Virus record (IMG/VR): IMGVR_UViG_3300045988_187870
DNA length: 64,000 nucleotides
DNA from: a virus
Reading direction: 5' to 3' (one strand)
Shown here in pieces: positions 19,113 through 30,343 of the stretch (positions are counted from its first letter, which is position 1; every line of letters begins with the position of its first letter). The notes beneath the pieces were generated by a model that was not told the origin of the DNA, did not search any database, and was given only the letters and a program-made list of their open reading frames with translations. The position numbers were made by a program, and so were the translations under genes.

Positions 19113-19439
19113 ATGACAATTAGAGATTATTGTAAAGATTTCACAGAAGCAAATGACGAAAAGCGGCTAATCATCGTGGACGGGCAGACGCACGGTGTTT
19201 TAGCGGATTGCAAAATGATGATCATGCAAAATAGCAAAACTCGTCAATATGAACTGTGCACTATGATGCACGAAGAATTTCTGGATGCTGAAATAATAGA
19301 TGCTATTGATACACAAATTGCTATAACATTTGTTATTCATCCAACTCTTATTAACAGTCATATACCAGTAAAGATAGTTTTGACTCAAGTCAGTAATAGC
19401 AGAGACAATAACAAAGACAAGAGCGAATGCATTTGCTAA
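19113..19439 (+). CDS. hypothetical protein (108 aa)
   Basis: RBS atcggaggaatatt. Confidence 0.55.
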   Translation: MTIRDYCKDFTEANDEKRLIIVDGQTHGVLADCKMMIMQNSKTRQYELCTMMHEEFLDAEIIDAIDTQIAITFVIHPTLINSHIPVKIVLTQVSNSRDNNKDKSECIC

Positions 19440-19446
19440 ATCTATT

Positions 19447-19758
19447 ATGCTTGCATTGGTTATTTTAGCAGGAATATTTTTAATCAATGTAGTAATATAT
19501 CCACCGCAGCCAAGCGAACTCATAAAAGGCACTGCAGATTTTACTATTGTTGATAAGTTTACCTTATCCAATAATTCAAAAAGGAACAACTATGTACGGT
19601 TACATTGCAAAGACTTGAATATTCAAATTATGATATGTGATAGTCAGATATATAGACATAGTAATTTAGGTACAAGTGTATCATTGCCTTATACATATCA
19701 GTATAGTAAGTATACATTCCCTACAACAAATTGTATCTTAGTGGAGGATTTGCCATGA
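19447..19758 (+). CDS. hypothetical protein with an N-terminal TM helix
   Basis: ORF. Confidence 0.4.
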   Translation: MLALVILAGIFLINVVIYPPQPSELIKGTADFTIVDKFTLSNNSKRNNYVRLHCKDLNIQIMICDSQIYRHSNLGTSVSLPYTYQYSKYTFPTTNCILVEDLP

Positions 19759-21285
19759 ACATCAAAAGATCACTTACAACATCTTTAGCAGCTTTGCTAT
19801 TAACTATTACCCACCCCCCCCCTAACACCACTGGTTAGTGCAGAAAGTAACAGTATCTCTATAGCACTTAATGATATTTGTACAAGTGGATATTATACTA
19901 TAAAGACTATCGAAGATCATGGCACACATTTAGTAGTTGATGCAGGGGCATGCGAGCATGGTTCTTACGCAACACATTATTATGATGCAGCAACAAATGC
20001 TACAAATATGTATAGTATGCAGTATAGAGGGGAATCAGGGCTAGTAAGAGATAAATATTCTAATGTAACAACAATACAAGCTAAAGAAGTTAATAATCAG
20101 ACAGGTATACCGATATCTTTTACGTTTTCACCACCACTGTATCAGGGTAAATATATTATTCCTGGTACAAAATATACAGTATCTTGGACAGGCGATGGTA
20201 GACATATTCCTATAAAGTTTCTAGGTAAGCTGAATTATGGAGATACAACAAGGACGACAATGTATGACTATATTTTAGGAGATTCTTATTCAGGATCTTT
20301 TACTGCACAGTTGGAATCTTTAGCAGTATTAAAATATGAACCAACTAGTTCAGCGAGTATAATATCTCTACCGAATGCAGCCGAGTCAGAAGTGGAGACT
20401 CCATCATCATATCAAAATCTAAAACTTTCTGTGACATCTAAACTTGCATTATGCCCATATTCTACACATCCAGTGATTTCAGGTGACCATCCTAATATTA
20501 CAACATCAAGCTATGGAGATAATGCATCTCATTCTGGAGGAACCAACTTCACATGTCACACCTGTAATCGTACATGGAATTATTCTGAGAGTGACGCTGG
20601 TTCAGATAATTCAAGCTCAAGTTCTTCAAGAAAGTATGTATATACAAATCATGAAGGACTTCAGCTAAGCCACCAATTCTATTCATCTGAATGTAGAATA
20701 ACATATACATGGGAGCCTTGTCCAATTCACGGGTATATTGGTCCACACGCAGTAGATGAGAAGTATAACGTTTGGGGAGACCTTGCGTATTTTACATATA
20801 CCGACTTTGGGCTTACTCAGGATGTGAATGTTGAAATTGATACTTCTTTTTATCATAGTAAAGATATAAGTGCGATATCTACAGTTGATGGCGCTTATCA
20901 TTACGCTCCGCAATTCGGATATAGTGGTGGCGCCCAAGCAAAGGCAGTCGTTGGTAAGATCTCGGTTGATACCGATAACATATGTGCAGGATATACTAAT
21001 TATGTTTATGCAATATCTGGAACATCAGTGACATACACACCAGTAACTTCTGTAAAGTATAAATATAAAGTTATTGATATGACTTACACAGAAGATGTTG
21101 CAGGGAAAGCACAACGCATCATTTCAGAAGGTGAGACTAGCAGAGCATTTACTTTTTCAATGCCACCGGCAGAAATTAAGATAGTTATTGAGGCCTCAAA
21201 ACTTCCGCAAACTATAATCACTACTACGAATCTAACCAAACAGTATAATAATACAAAATTTAATTTGGGAGCAACAGTTTCATAA
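19755..21285 (+). CDS. variable secreted protein, family member 1: signal peptide (MNIKRSLTTSLAALLL) + C9 tract + mature domain in the +1 frame (currently OFF)
   Basis: strong RBS gtggaggatttgcc; ATG frame stops 5 codons after the C tract; downstream frame open from the tract to TAA 21285; C-terminus ...YNNTKFNLGATVS. Confidence 0.6.
19814..19822 (+). repeat. homopolymeric C9 tract (slipped-strand or transcriptional-slippage site)
   Basis: nine consecutive C read directly. Confidence 0.8.
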
Positions 21286-21302
21286 TAGAAAGGTGGAAAA
21301 TC

Positions 21303-22776
21303 ATGAACATCAAAAGAACCATTGCAATAACTTTAGCAGTTGCAATGTTAGCAGTTACCCCCCCCCCATACATTAATACAACATGCCAGCGCAAGTACTG
21401 TTGTCTCTGCAACCAAAATCTCGCACAGCTATCCTTATGACTGCAATGAAGGTAGTTATGACGCATCACAGAGTCCTTATGATGGTACTTGGTATGTAAG
21501 GGATAAAAAATTATGTAAGCATGGATCTTTAGCGCCACATCTTTACGATGACAAAGGATATTGCAATTATATTTTGCATGATATAACTGCTGTTGATACA
21601 AAACTTGTTATGGATTATGAGGGAACTTATCATGGATATCCTGAACCATGTCTTTATGAATTCAATGTTAAAGATATTGCAGCAGATTTAGTGGCATCTG
21701 GAATACCTGTGACAGTCTCTATATCTGGACCGATGTATGAGAATAAGTATTTTATTGCAGGGTATAAATATAAACTTAAGACATCGTGTCCTTATCACGT
21801 ACCGCTACTATTATCCTCTAAGGCAGGTGTATTTATAGACGCATATTCAGATGAGGTTGAGGTAATTCCAGAGCAATCAATAGGCCACTCTCTAAGCGTA
21901 GGCACATTATCTGGGCAGATATCTATTGCAAAACGTGATACTAAGACGGTAACTCATGATGCCTTAGCTTGTAGCGAAGGATTTCGGAAGATAATTGGTA
22001 CGCATAAAGATGTACATAGTTCACCAGGAGAAAATCACACAATTTATGATGATAAAGGTAATGCCATTGGTGGATATGGAACAACAAATCATTACTGTGC
22101 ATATTGTAGAACCGGATGGCAAACTGGGGGCAATGCTGTAACTCCAGGATATACAGGAGATGTTTATGACAAAAATGGAAATAAGGTAGGCAGCATATCT
22201 GAATCTGATTGGGGCTCAGATAATACAGGATTAAAATTGGTTTTACTTAATGGACTGCCGTGGTCAACACAGCCTGTGACGGAAAGTAATGCATGTATAA
22301 CTGCGAAGTATGATGTTTGCAGTGAGCATGCTAATTATGTAGGTCCACATTATTTTTGTCCAGATCACGGCTATGTGGGAACATCTAGATACTGTACATA
22401 TGCACTGGATGGTAAGCTATTATATGCAGACACAAAATGCTATGGATTTTCAGGAAATGGGTTTGACAGTATTTCAGTGTATAGTGTGACAATTAAAGGA
22501 GTCAACGGTGCTACAGGATATGCGGATTATGTTTCTTCTGTTCCAGGTGTATTAAATCATTTACACATGTCAAAGAAAACGAAATATCATATCACTACTG
22601 ACCAAGGCACTGAAATATCCTCTGGCGTAGGGACATCTGTTCCATTTACTATGCAGGATGAAAATATCATTATAAAGTTGGAACCAGATAAGCTAACTCA
22701 AACAGTCACATTACAGGGTTTATTGCATAAAACATATAATACAAAAACTTTTAATTTAAGCGCAACTGTTTCATAA
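21303..22776 (+). CDS. variable secreted protein, family member 2: signal peptide + C10 tract + out-of-frame mature domain (OFF)
   Basis: RBS gaaaggtggaaaatc; the ATG frame stops at about 21435; the mature frame is open from the tract; C-terminus ...YNTKTFNLSATVS. Confidence 0.6.
21358..21367 (+). repeat. homopolymeric C10 tract
   Basis: ten consecutive C. Confidence 0.8.
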
Positions 22777-22791
22777 CAAGGAGGAATAATC

Positions 22792-23501
22792 ATGAATATT
22801 AAACGAGCAATAAGTACAGCTTTAGCAGCTATCTTAGTAGTTACCCCCCCCCCCTGAGAGAGGTTAGCGCAGCTTCTTTTTGCCAGGAATATCATCTGCT
22901 GAAGGATACCCACAATGCGTGGGCTTCTCGTGATGATGTTGTGAAATTGCTTGGAGTTAACCCAGACAGTCACACCTTCAGTAACATACATAGCGGTAGT
23001 CATGAAGAATCGACAGGAGCTCCATCCGGAACTCCACAGTATGTTTATCTGTCTTTTATAAGAATCTACATTGACCCTAGACTGACGGGTACTTTTGAAC
23101 TTCATACATTTCATTTCGCGCATGATGACACAATGACATATAATGAATCTTCTAGTGGACTATATCAAGTATATAAGGGTTCAACTGATAGCTATCCTAC
23201 ATTAGGCACTATAGATATAAGATACGTGCCATCACAGGAAGATTTAAGCCGCGGAGTCTCATTTGTGAAAACAGATTCAAAAACTAGAGCTGTTCCTTCA
23301 GATTTTGCAAAAGTAGATCCACTGGCATCTAGCTTTAATATATCTGTTGGAACTGGTGACACTTGCGCCTTCACATTATCAGATATGCTATCCTATGCAC
23401 AGTATGGTGTCTTTAAACAGCCACAGGAAATATCTGTTTGTAAGAACCAGTTAGCAACATACAATCAAGCAGCATTTAATATTATGGTCAGTATCACATA
23501 G
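22792..23501 (+). CDS. variable secreted protein, family member 3: signal peptide + C11 tract + out-of-frame mature domain (OFF; TGA immediately after the tract in the ATG frame)
   Basis: RBS caaggaggaataatc; C-terminus ...YGVFKQPQEISV...YNQAAFNIMVSIT. Confidence 0.55.
22844..22854 (+). repeat. homopolymeric C11 tract
   Basis: eleven consecutive C. Confidence 0.8.
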
Positions 23502-23514
23502 GAGGATACAATAA

Positions 23515-24213
23515 ATGAACATTAAGAAACAAATTGCTACATCTTTAGTAGCTTTAATGATGTTACTCCCACCCCCACCCATAACACAAACTGCTAAAGC
23601 AGTAACATCTACATCTTCAGCCGAAGAGATTGCTAAAGAATTATTTAATTATGAAGATGATGCTTTTAAGGCAATCTATGCAGGAGTAAACAATAGTTAT
23701 AATTCTAGCACTCATGAATCAGGACATAGTCATGGATCATGTATAGTTGTTGATCCTCGTATAACAGGAAAAGTTGAAGTTTACGCACAACGTGCCAATA
23801 GTACCTCTGAAGATGAAATTCTGGGTAATAGAGACTCTTGTTCTTGGTCATTTTCAGTAAATGGAAGAGGTGAATACTCTGGACATAGTAGAATAAGAGT
23901 AGAATATACACCGTCGTCAGAAGATATTATGAATGGCGCTGTTGTATTATGCACACCGCAGCCTTTAACATATACGGGAGCTAATGATTTAGTCTATTTT
24001 GATGGTTCAAGACGATACATCGTAATGCCATCTACTCCTGGAACTACATGTAAGTATAGCACGCAATACTTAGGCTATGGCATAACATTTAAAGATGTAG
24101 TTAAATATGCATTTCCAACTGCATTTCAAGAGTCACAAACAATTATAGTGACAACACCTTGTACAACGATATATAATAAGCCACAGTTTAATCTAGGAGC
24201 ATCAGTTTCATAA
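23515..24213 (+). CDS. variable secreted protein, family member 4: in frame (ON) with an interrupted tract CCCACCCCCACCC (LLPPPPIT)
   Basis: a single ORF includes the signal peptide; RBS taggaggatacaataa; C-terminus ...YNKPQFNLGASVS. Confidence 0.75.
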   Translation: MNIKKQIATSLVALMMLLPPPPITQTAKAVTSTSSAEEIAKELFNYEDDAFKAIYAGVNNSYNSSTHESGHSHGSCIVVDPRITGKVEVYAQRANSTSEDEILGNRDSCSWSFSVNGRGEYSGHSRIRVEYTPSSEDIMNGAVVLCTPQPLTYTGANDLVYFDGSRRYIVMPSTPGTTCKYSTQYLGYGITFKDVVKYAFPTAFQESQTIIVTTPCTTIYNKPQFNLGASVS

Positions 24214-24228
24214 AAAGGAGGCATTATG

Positions 24229-24507
24229 CATATCAAGAAAACTTTGGTAGTCGCAGTATTTGCACTACTGTTATTTACTCCCCGCTAACTAGTCTCAAAG
24301 AACTTATTAGCCACTAAATTATCTGAAGAAGGATATGGTACTGAGCAAATGCAAATACCAGGTGGTACAATTTGCTTTTTGCTTGCAGACGTGATTTCAT
24401 ATGGGAAATATGGTGTTTTTAAGCAATCACAAGATATCACAGTAGATAGCACTAAATCAGTAACATATAACCAATTATCGTTCAATCTAGGAGTTACAAT
24501 TTCCTAG
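24229..24507 (+). pseudogene. truncated family member: signal peptide (MHIKKTLVVAVFALLLFTPR*) followed out of frame by a ~65-aa C-terminal module (...YGVFKQSQDITV...YNQLSFNLGVTIS)
   Basis: RBS aaaaggaggcatt; homology of both ends to family members. Confidence 0.5.
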
Positions 24508-24519
24508 AAAGGAGTAACT

Positions 24520-26012
24520 ATGAATATAAAGAAAATAGCAATGAGCTTAGCAGCAAGTTTACTAATGCTAGTTTTATCTCCCCCCCCACCCAACTGGTCA
24601 ATCTAGCAAGCGCAGAAACTGTAGTTGTTGATTCATGTTTTACTCAAGTAGGAGCAATAAATTATTCAGCATACTGTTCAGATTGCAACTATGCAATACA
24701 ACAAATAACAACTCCTGACAATAAGCATTATTGGAGGATGGCGGACAGTGCTAAAAAGTGCAGCCATGGCTCTTATAACCCACACTATTATAATCCAAGT
24801 ACAGGTGAGTGTTCTGGAAGAGTAACAGGAGTTGATTATTCAACTGCAGTACCAATCAGAGAAGGACAACCATCTCTCAGCGCAGTACCGTATTATACAT
24901 TCGATCCTATTTTAGCAGCTGCACCTCTTAGAAAGTATGCACAGAATGTAAGTGTATCTTATACAGGAAATCTATACCAAGGTAGTTATTATATTTACGG
25001 TAAGTCTTACACTCTATCTATAAAATCATCAAGTCATATTCCAATTACAGTTGAGAATTCATCTTTACTCTATGATGCATATAATATGAACACCAGTGTA
25101 CCTGTAAGTTCAAGTCTGTATACTATTGGGACATTATCAGGAGATGTTACTTTGTATTTAGGCCTTGGCAGACTTCAGCATAGAACAACTCTATGTCCAA
25201 ATAGTCAGCCAGTCTTAACGGGATCACATAAAAATGCTCATGAGGTAAGTTCTTGGTCAGAGAACTATAACGACGGTAATGGTAATATCATAGGTGGTGC
25301 TGGCGGAGCTAAGTTTGAGTGTTCAGCTTGTGGTGCGGCATGGACAGTGTCTGGAGGTGGGCTTACTACTCCTGGATACTCAGGTTCAATCTACAATAGT
25401 GATGGAGATCTAGTAGGAGGAATATCATCATCTAGTGGTACAACGAGCTCTTGGGGTGTGGGTCTTATGCTCGAACGCGGTGATTTTAATTATTCAGCTG
25501 GATCAAGTCTGGTTAGAAAAAATCCATGCTATACAGCAACTTATCCTGTATGTACCAAACATGATAACGCAGTAGGTGCACATTTTTATTGTGAAAGACA
25601 TAATTATTATGGGTTGTCAACCCTTTGCCCATTCGATGATAGAGGTAATCTCTTATATAAAGATGCCAGAGTGTATCAGTTTTATGATCAAAAAGATGAA
25701 ACAAGGGTATACTCTTGTAATTTGTCATGTGCACGTGGAACATTAGTGTATGCCAATTATGCATCTACAGTTCCGGGTGGGCATATTACACTAACTAACG
25801 CAACAAACAGTGACGCAAAATATACAGTCATTGCTAATTCCAAGACTGTTGCATCAGGTGTTCTAACATCAAGTGCTACTTTTGATATGCCTAGTGCAGA
25901 TGTCGTAGTCTATGTCGAGCCGGTTAAGCTTGCACAAAATGTTTCAGTATTAACGAGTTATACAATGCACTATAATAATCAAACATTCGATCTGCAAGCA
26001 GTTGTCTTTTAG
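24520..26012 (+). CDS. variable secreted protein, family member 5: signal peptide + C8(ACCC) tract + out-of-frame mature domain (OFF)
   Basis: RBS gaaaggagtaact; the ATG frame stops at about 24606; the mature frame is open from the tract to 26012; C-terminus ...YNNQTFDLQAVVF. Confidence 0.6.
24580..24587 (+). repeat. homopolymeric C8 tract (followed by ACCC)
   Basis: eight consecutive C. Confidence 0.8.
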
Positions 26013-26042
26013 AGAGGATACTTGTAAAAGTAAAGAAACATT

Positions 26043-26230
26043 ATTAGAAGTGGTAACGCTACATCTATAACTGATACATTGAAAGTAAATGAGGCTGTGA
26101 CATATACAACTTACGGATTAACCAGTATTTCATTGGAAGCTTCAAAACTAACACAGGCATTATCAATTCAGAACAGATTTAGCAAGCAGTACAACAGTAC
26201 TAAATTTAACTTAGGAGTAGCAGTTACATA
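26043..26230 (+). pseudogene. orphan C-terminal cassette of the variable family (...LEASKLTQALSIQNRFSKQYNSTKFNLGVAVT*), with no signal peptide or RBS
   Basis: a 62-codon open frame homologous to the last ~60 aa of member 1. Confidence 0.5.
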
Positions 26231-26232
26231 AA

Positions 26233-26760
26233 ATGAAACTCTTTAACTCAATCATGTTAGGCCTAGCAATCGGACTATTAATCTTTAGTGGCGTGTTGCT
26301 AGGCTTATCTTCACAAATAAACAATCTTATACAGGCAGATTATGTTGAATTTGCAAAAGAACAGGTTGCCATAAATAAGCAGAATAGCACATTGATTGTA
26401 TCATCGTCTCATCCGGAAGGTATTATTCTCGACGATCCAACTAGTGAATTTCATCAGACACTTTTAATACCTGAGCATCCCGGCAAGTATACGGTCTCGC
26501 TCGTTGATATCTATTTGCCAAGTGTTGCTGTTTTTATTCCAAATGTATGGAATTGCTTTAACTATCAACCATCAACGATAAAAGTCGCTACACTGCAAGA
26601 TGCTGACGTGTCATCTTTAGTAGACGCGGAAATAAATTATGTTACAGCACAATGCAATGTGACATATCAAAATATGGCATTATTGCTTGTTACACAAATT
26701 GCAATATCTGCTTTACTTATATGTTTAGCTTTAGCAGGATTAAAAGACAGAGAGGATTAA
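26233..26760 (+). CDS. membrane protein (N- and C-terminal TM helices)
   Basis: ORF; hydrophobic termini. Confidence 0.5.
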   Translation: MKLFNSIMLGLAIGLLIFSGVLLGLSSQINNLIQADYVEFAKEQVAINKQNSTLIVSSSHPEGIILDDPTSEFHQTLLIPEHPGKYTVSLVDIYLPSVAVFIPNVWNCFNYQPSTIKVATLQDADVSSLVDAEINYVTAQCNVTYQNMALLLVTQIAISALLICLALAGLKDRED

Positions 26761-26764
26761 TCAT

Positions 26765-27007
26765 ATGGATGTACCTTTTTGGGTAGCTGTGCCAGATTAT
26801 GGTGGAATAGCATGCCAATCATTTGAGTATATCTTAGATGCACCTGGTCACCCACATGCATTCTTATCAGAAGATGAGTTATCTGTATACATAGCAACTA
26901 GACATTTATCACAAGGCATTACAGAATATCTTCAGTATTATTCCATACCAACAGAAGATTGTCCAACACCGGAGAGACTTTATATTACCACACCTCTACT
27001 AGTATAA
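26765..27007 (+). CDS. hypothetical protein (80 aa)
   Basis: ORF; RBS gagagga. Confidence 0.45.
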   Translation: MDVPFWVAVPDYGGIACQSFEYILDAPGHPHAFLSEDELSVYIATRHLSQGITEYLQYYSIPTEDCPTPERLYITTPLLV

Positions 27008-27045
27008 AATGATTACAAAAATACAATTATACTGGAGGAAATATT

Positions 27046-27321
27046 ATGACGTACTACTTTACCTATGGCGCAGATAATACAATGTTTCATAAAGGAGGTT
27101 GGACGCGGTTAGATTGTCCCGAGGGAACGACAACGGAACAAGCAATTGCAATCTTTACAGCACTTCGTCCATCTCATGGTGAAAGATATGCACATTTTGC
27201 AGGTGTGTATCCAGCAGTTATATTTCATGAAACAAACATATATCTTAACGGAGATAACTGGGGGTATCGCGAGCATGATCATATAACTATTTTGGAGGAA
27301 TCAAATGAAGTTGGGATTTGA
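27046..27321 (+). CDS. hypothetical protein (91 aa)
   Basis: RBS ctggaggaaatatt. Confidence 0.55.
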   Translation: MTYYFTYGADNTMFHKGGWTRLDCPEGTTTEQAIAIFTALRPSHGERYAHFAGVYPAVIFHETNIYLNGDNWGYREHDHITILEESNEVGI

Positions 27322-27889
27322 TATAGACGATGTCCTTTACAAAACATCAGTTATGATAGAACATGAGGTACCCAATATAATGCACAGTATGAATCTCAGA
27401 CCAGAGTTTGATATGTCAGCATATGAATGGGAGGATATGTTCAAACTACCGATGCATGTAATAAAGCAGATACTAAATCAGATGTCATTTGATACACTGG
27501 AATATGTGGACCCTTTAGCAGTGCGAGCAATTAAACAGTACAAGCAGATTCATCCAGATATACAGCTTGCAATTGTGACTAAACGCAATAGAACATCTAC
27601 TGAAATCATAGCAAAATACATAGAAGATTACTTTTATCTCAACTTTGATGAAATTTACACAGACGCTGGAGGAGAGATTTCTAAACTTGAAGTTTGCAAA
27701 CGTAATCAGGTAGATATTCTTTTTGATGATCACCAACGAAATGTAATGCCATTTATAAAGGTTAGCAATCCTTTAGCAGTATTGGTATCTACACCTGCTG
27801 TAAAGCATAATAAAAGATTTGCAGAGACATACCCTCATGTTCTTACAGATTGGAGCGACCTGCATACAATACTTGACAATCTGGTTTAG
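27305..27889 (+). CDS. HAD-superfamily hydrolase, probable 5-prime(3-prime)-deoxyribonucleotidase-like
   Basis: N-terminal motif I GFDIDDVL (DxDxV); RBS ttggaggaatcaa. Confidence 0.45.
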   Translation: MKLGFDIDDVLYKTSVMIEHEVPNIMHSMNLRPEFDMSAYEWEDMFKLPMHVIKQILNQMSFDTLEYVDPLAVRAIKQYKQIHPDIQLAIVTKRNRTSTEIIAKYIEDYFYLNFDEIYTDAGGEISKLEVCKRNQVDILFDDHQRNVMPFIKVSNPLAVLVSTPAVKHNKRFAETYPHVLTDWSDLHTILDNLV

Positions 27890-27922
27890 CAGTAGTATAA
27901 TAATATAAAGAGGTGAACAATT

Positions 27923-28699
27923 ATGCTAGACTTAAGATACTTAAAGTGGGATGATACAACAGCACATGGTAGTAGCTTTGGTATGCTTAACAAGGCAGAG
28001 GAGTTCACCTCAACTGGGAAACATTTTTATTATAAGATGTCGCGTATGCAAGGTAGCAGCGTTGTAGGACATGAAGCAATTTTTGAATATATTGCATCAA
28101 GGGTCTTGGACGTGCTCGACATTCCTCATGTTAGTTATAATCTGCTTCCAGCCAACATATTCTTAAGAAATAAAGAGCTTAAAACAGTTATATGCCAATC
28201 AGAAGATTACAAGCAATCAGAAGATGAAGCCATTCCAATTTGTGAATACTGTCTAGAGCAATCTTTAGCAGAGCAGACAATAGTTAATGATTTTGGATTA
28301 AAGTCTCTATTTCAAATATATTTAGTAGACTTCATTCTCAACAATGTTGATAGACACGGGTATAACATTGAGATTGTGAATGGCATGAAGATTGCCCCAT
28401 TATTTGACCACGGAAACAGCTTGTTATACTGGGCGCCAAATGAAGAATCCGTACGCTCTTACGATGTTATGACTGACTCGCCAACAAATAATTATATAGG
28501 TGATGAGAGCCTATATATTAACTTGAATAAAATAAGTCATCCTGTCTCAGTTACTGCTTTAACTGAACGAGCTCGTTCTTACATTTTTTATAATGTGAAA
28601 AACGAGTTTCTTCCACAGCAAATTAAGGATAAGACTTGGGAAATGATTTGGAGGAGATACAACTATGCCAAAGACAAGGACTTTCTTGTTGAAAGATGA
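27923..28699 (+). CDS. HipA-like Ser/Thr kinase domain protein
   Basis: VDFILNNVDRHGYNIEIVNG...IAPLFDHGNS resembles the HipA C-terminal catalytic motifs (D.H..N ... APxYD). Confidence 0.45.
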   Translation: MLDLRYLKWDDTTAHGSSFGMLNKAEEFTSTGKHFYYKMSRMQGSSVVGHEAIFEYIASRVLDVLDIPHVSYNLLPANIFLRNKELKTVICQSEDYKQSEDEAIPICEYCLEQSLAEQTIVNDFGLKSLFQIYLVDFILNNVDRHGYNIEIVNGMKIAPLFDHGNSLLYWAPNEESVRSYDVMTDSPTNNYIGDESLYINLNKISHPVSVTALTERARSYIFYNVKNEFLPQQIKDKTWEMIWRRYNYAKDKDFLVER

Positions 28700-29033
28700 G
28701 CGACACCCACAGAAACCAGTAGCTACTTTAGCAGTTGTTGAAACAGGCAAACATAGCACTAATCAGTATACTATAAAAGTGCATGCAGACAGTAATCCAT
28801 CGCTTTCCTTAAAGGTTCTAGTTAAACATGCAGGAACAACAACAATTACAGGCAAACGTGCAGCAGACTGGATAGCAGGAAGAGCGACTCCAGCCGGACG
28901 ACAAAATATAGGTGATGTATTACATGCTGTTGGGCTGAGATCTTATGATGCTTGGGGTATTGTACAGGGACACAAGTGCAGATGCACCAGAGATCATATT
29001 TATATGGAGGAAATACAGGACGATCATAAGTGA
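28665..29033 (+). CDS. hypothetical protein (122 aa)
   Basis: RBS atttggaggagatacaact. Confidence 0.5.
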   Translation: MPKTRTFLLKDERHPQKPVATLAVVETGKHSTNQYTIKVHADSNPSLSLKVLVKHAGTTTITGKRAADWIAGRATPAGRQNIGDVLHAVGLRSYDAWGIVQGHKCRCTRDHIYMEEIQDDHK

Positions 29034-29052
29034 CCGTCCTGTGTTTGTTTAG

Positions 29053-30130
29053 AAGGAGTAAAATGAAAACAAAATCTGAATTATTTGAAAAGCTTAGATG
29101 TCCAAGTCAGAGCGATAAGATACTGCTGCTTACTCACACAGATCTTGACGGTGCAGGAGCAGCAATCTTAGCACGCCTTCATTATGCTGATGTAACAGTT
29201 AAACATTGCCCCAATAATACAATGAGCAGAGATATTCTTGAAGCATGTTTAGCAGAACCTAATGAATATGACTTCATTTTTGCTTGTGATATCTCATGTA
29301 ATGACGAAGATGCTGAGAGCATCGAAGCTTCTCCTTGGGCAAGAGACCATTTTGTTCTTATCGATCATCATCCAACTGCAATGTGCCTGAATTCCTATAA
29401 CTGGGCAGTTATTTACTCAGATATGGTTGCAGATAGCTTCAGAGTAAAGGAGTACCCTGACCCTAGTCTAGGTCATTCTTCAGGAACTGGGCTGTTTTAT
29501 GATTATCTATGTTTTAATTATAAAGATGATAATATGCACCCAGCTGTTAAAGAGTTTGTTCGTTTAGTCTCAATGTATGATACCTGGGATTGGACAACTA
29601 TCTTTAACTGTACAGAAGCAAAAGAGTTATCAGCACTATGCTTCCTATACGGATTAGAGTATTTTGAAGAAACAATGAACGACAGATTGTCTGATTCTTC
29701 TTGTAAGTGTTTATTTAATTGTACAGATCAGATTATTCTCAAATGCGAAGAGAATAAGATTAAATCACACATCGAGCGCATTCGCAAGTCATACAAATAT
29801 GGTACAATCACTTTAGCAGGAGTAACATACAATATTGTCTATTGCGCAACTTCACAGTATCTTCCTCAGACTTTTGAGGATATGAAAATCAGATATCCAG
29901 ACCAAGATATTTATATGATTAATTGCGGGAATACAATATCTATGCGTTCACGTAAGGACAGTATAGACCTTGGACCTATTGCAAAACAGCTTGGTGGCGG
30001 TGGACATGCCGGAGCAGCAGGTGTGCCTATTCCTTATGAAAAGCAGATAGCATATTTTGAATCTGCAATTGGATCTAAGTTTAATTACCAACTTGACAAT
30101 GGTCAGACAGATCTCTTTAGCAGGAGGTGA
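29053..30130 (+). CDS. DHH/DHHA1-family phosphoesterase (NrnA-like)
   Basis: LLLTHTDLDGAGAAIL (DHH motif) and C-terminal GGGGHAGAAG (DHHA1 GGGH motif); RBS agaaggagtaaa. Confidence 0.65.
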
Positions 30131-30135
30131 AAGTT

Positions 30136-30324
30136 ATGGAAGAGTTTGAGTCACTTGCACAGCAGATTGAGCAAATGTCAAAAGAAAGTACTACATCTAG
30201 CTCAGAGATGGAGTTAAAGCATGAGCTTCCACCTTATAAGGTTTCACCACAGGATGTTGCTAGTTATAAGTTTGATGCATCTAAACTTTCAAAATCTTTA
30301 ACAGTATCTTTCGACAAGAAGTAA
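30136..30324 (+). CDS. small acidic hypothetical protein
   Basis: RBS caggaggtgaaagtt. Confidence 0.5.
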   Translation: MEEFESLAQQIEQMSKESTTSSSEMELKHELPPYKVSPQDVASYKFDASKLSKSLTVSFDKK

Positions 30325-30343
30325 CGCAGCAAGTAGATAAAAG

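Noticed and set aside
21260-23123. Minus-strand ORFs 21260-21601 and 22698-23123, antisense to the variable genes
   Set aside because: They have no RBS and sit opposite well-supported + strand coding sequence. They are Cys/His-rich translations typical of antisense reading of AT-rich genes.
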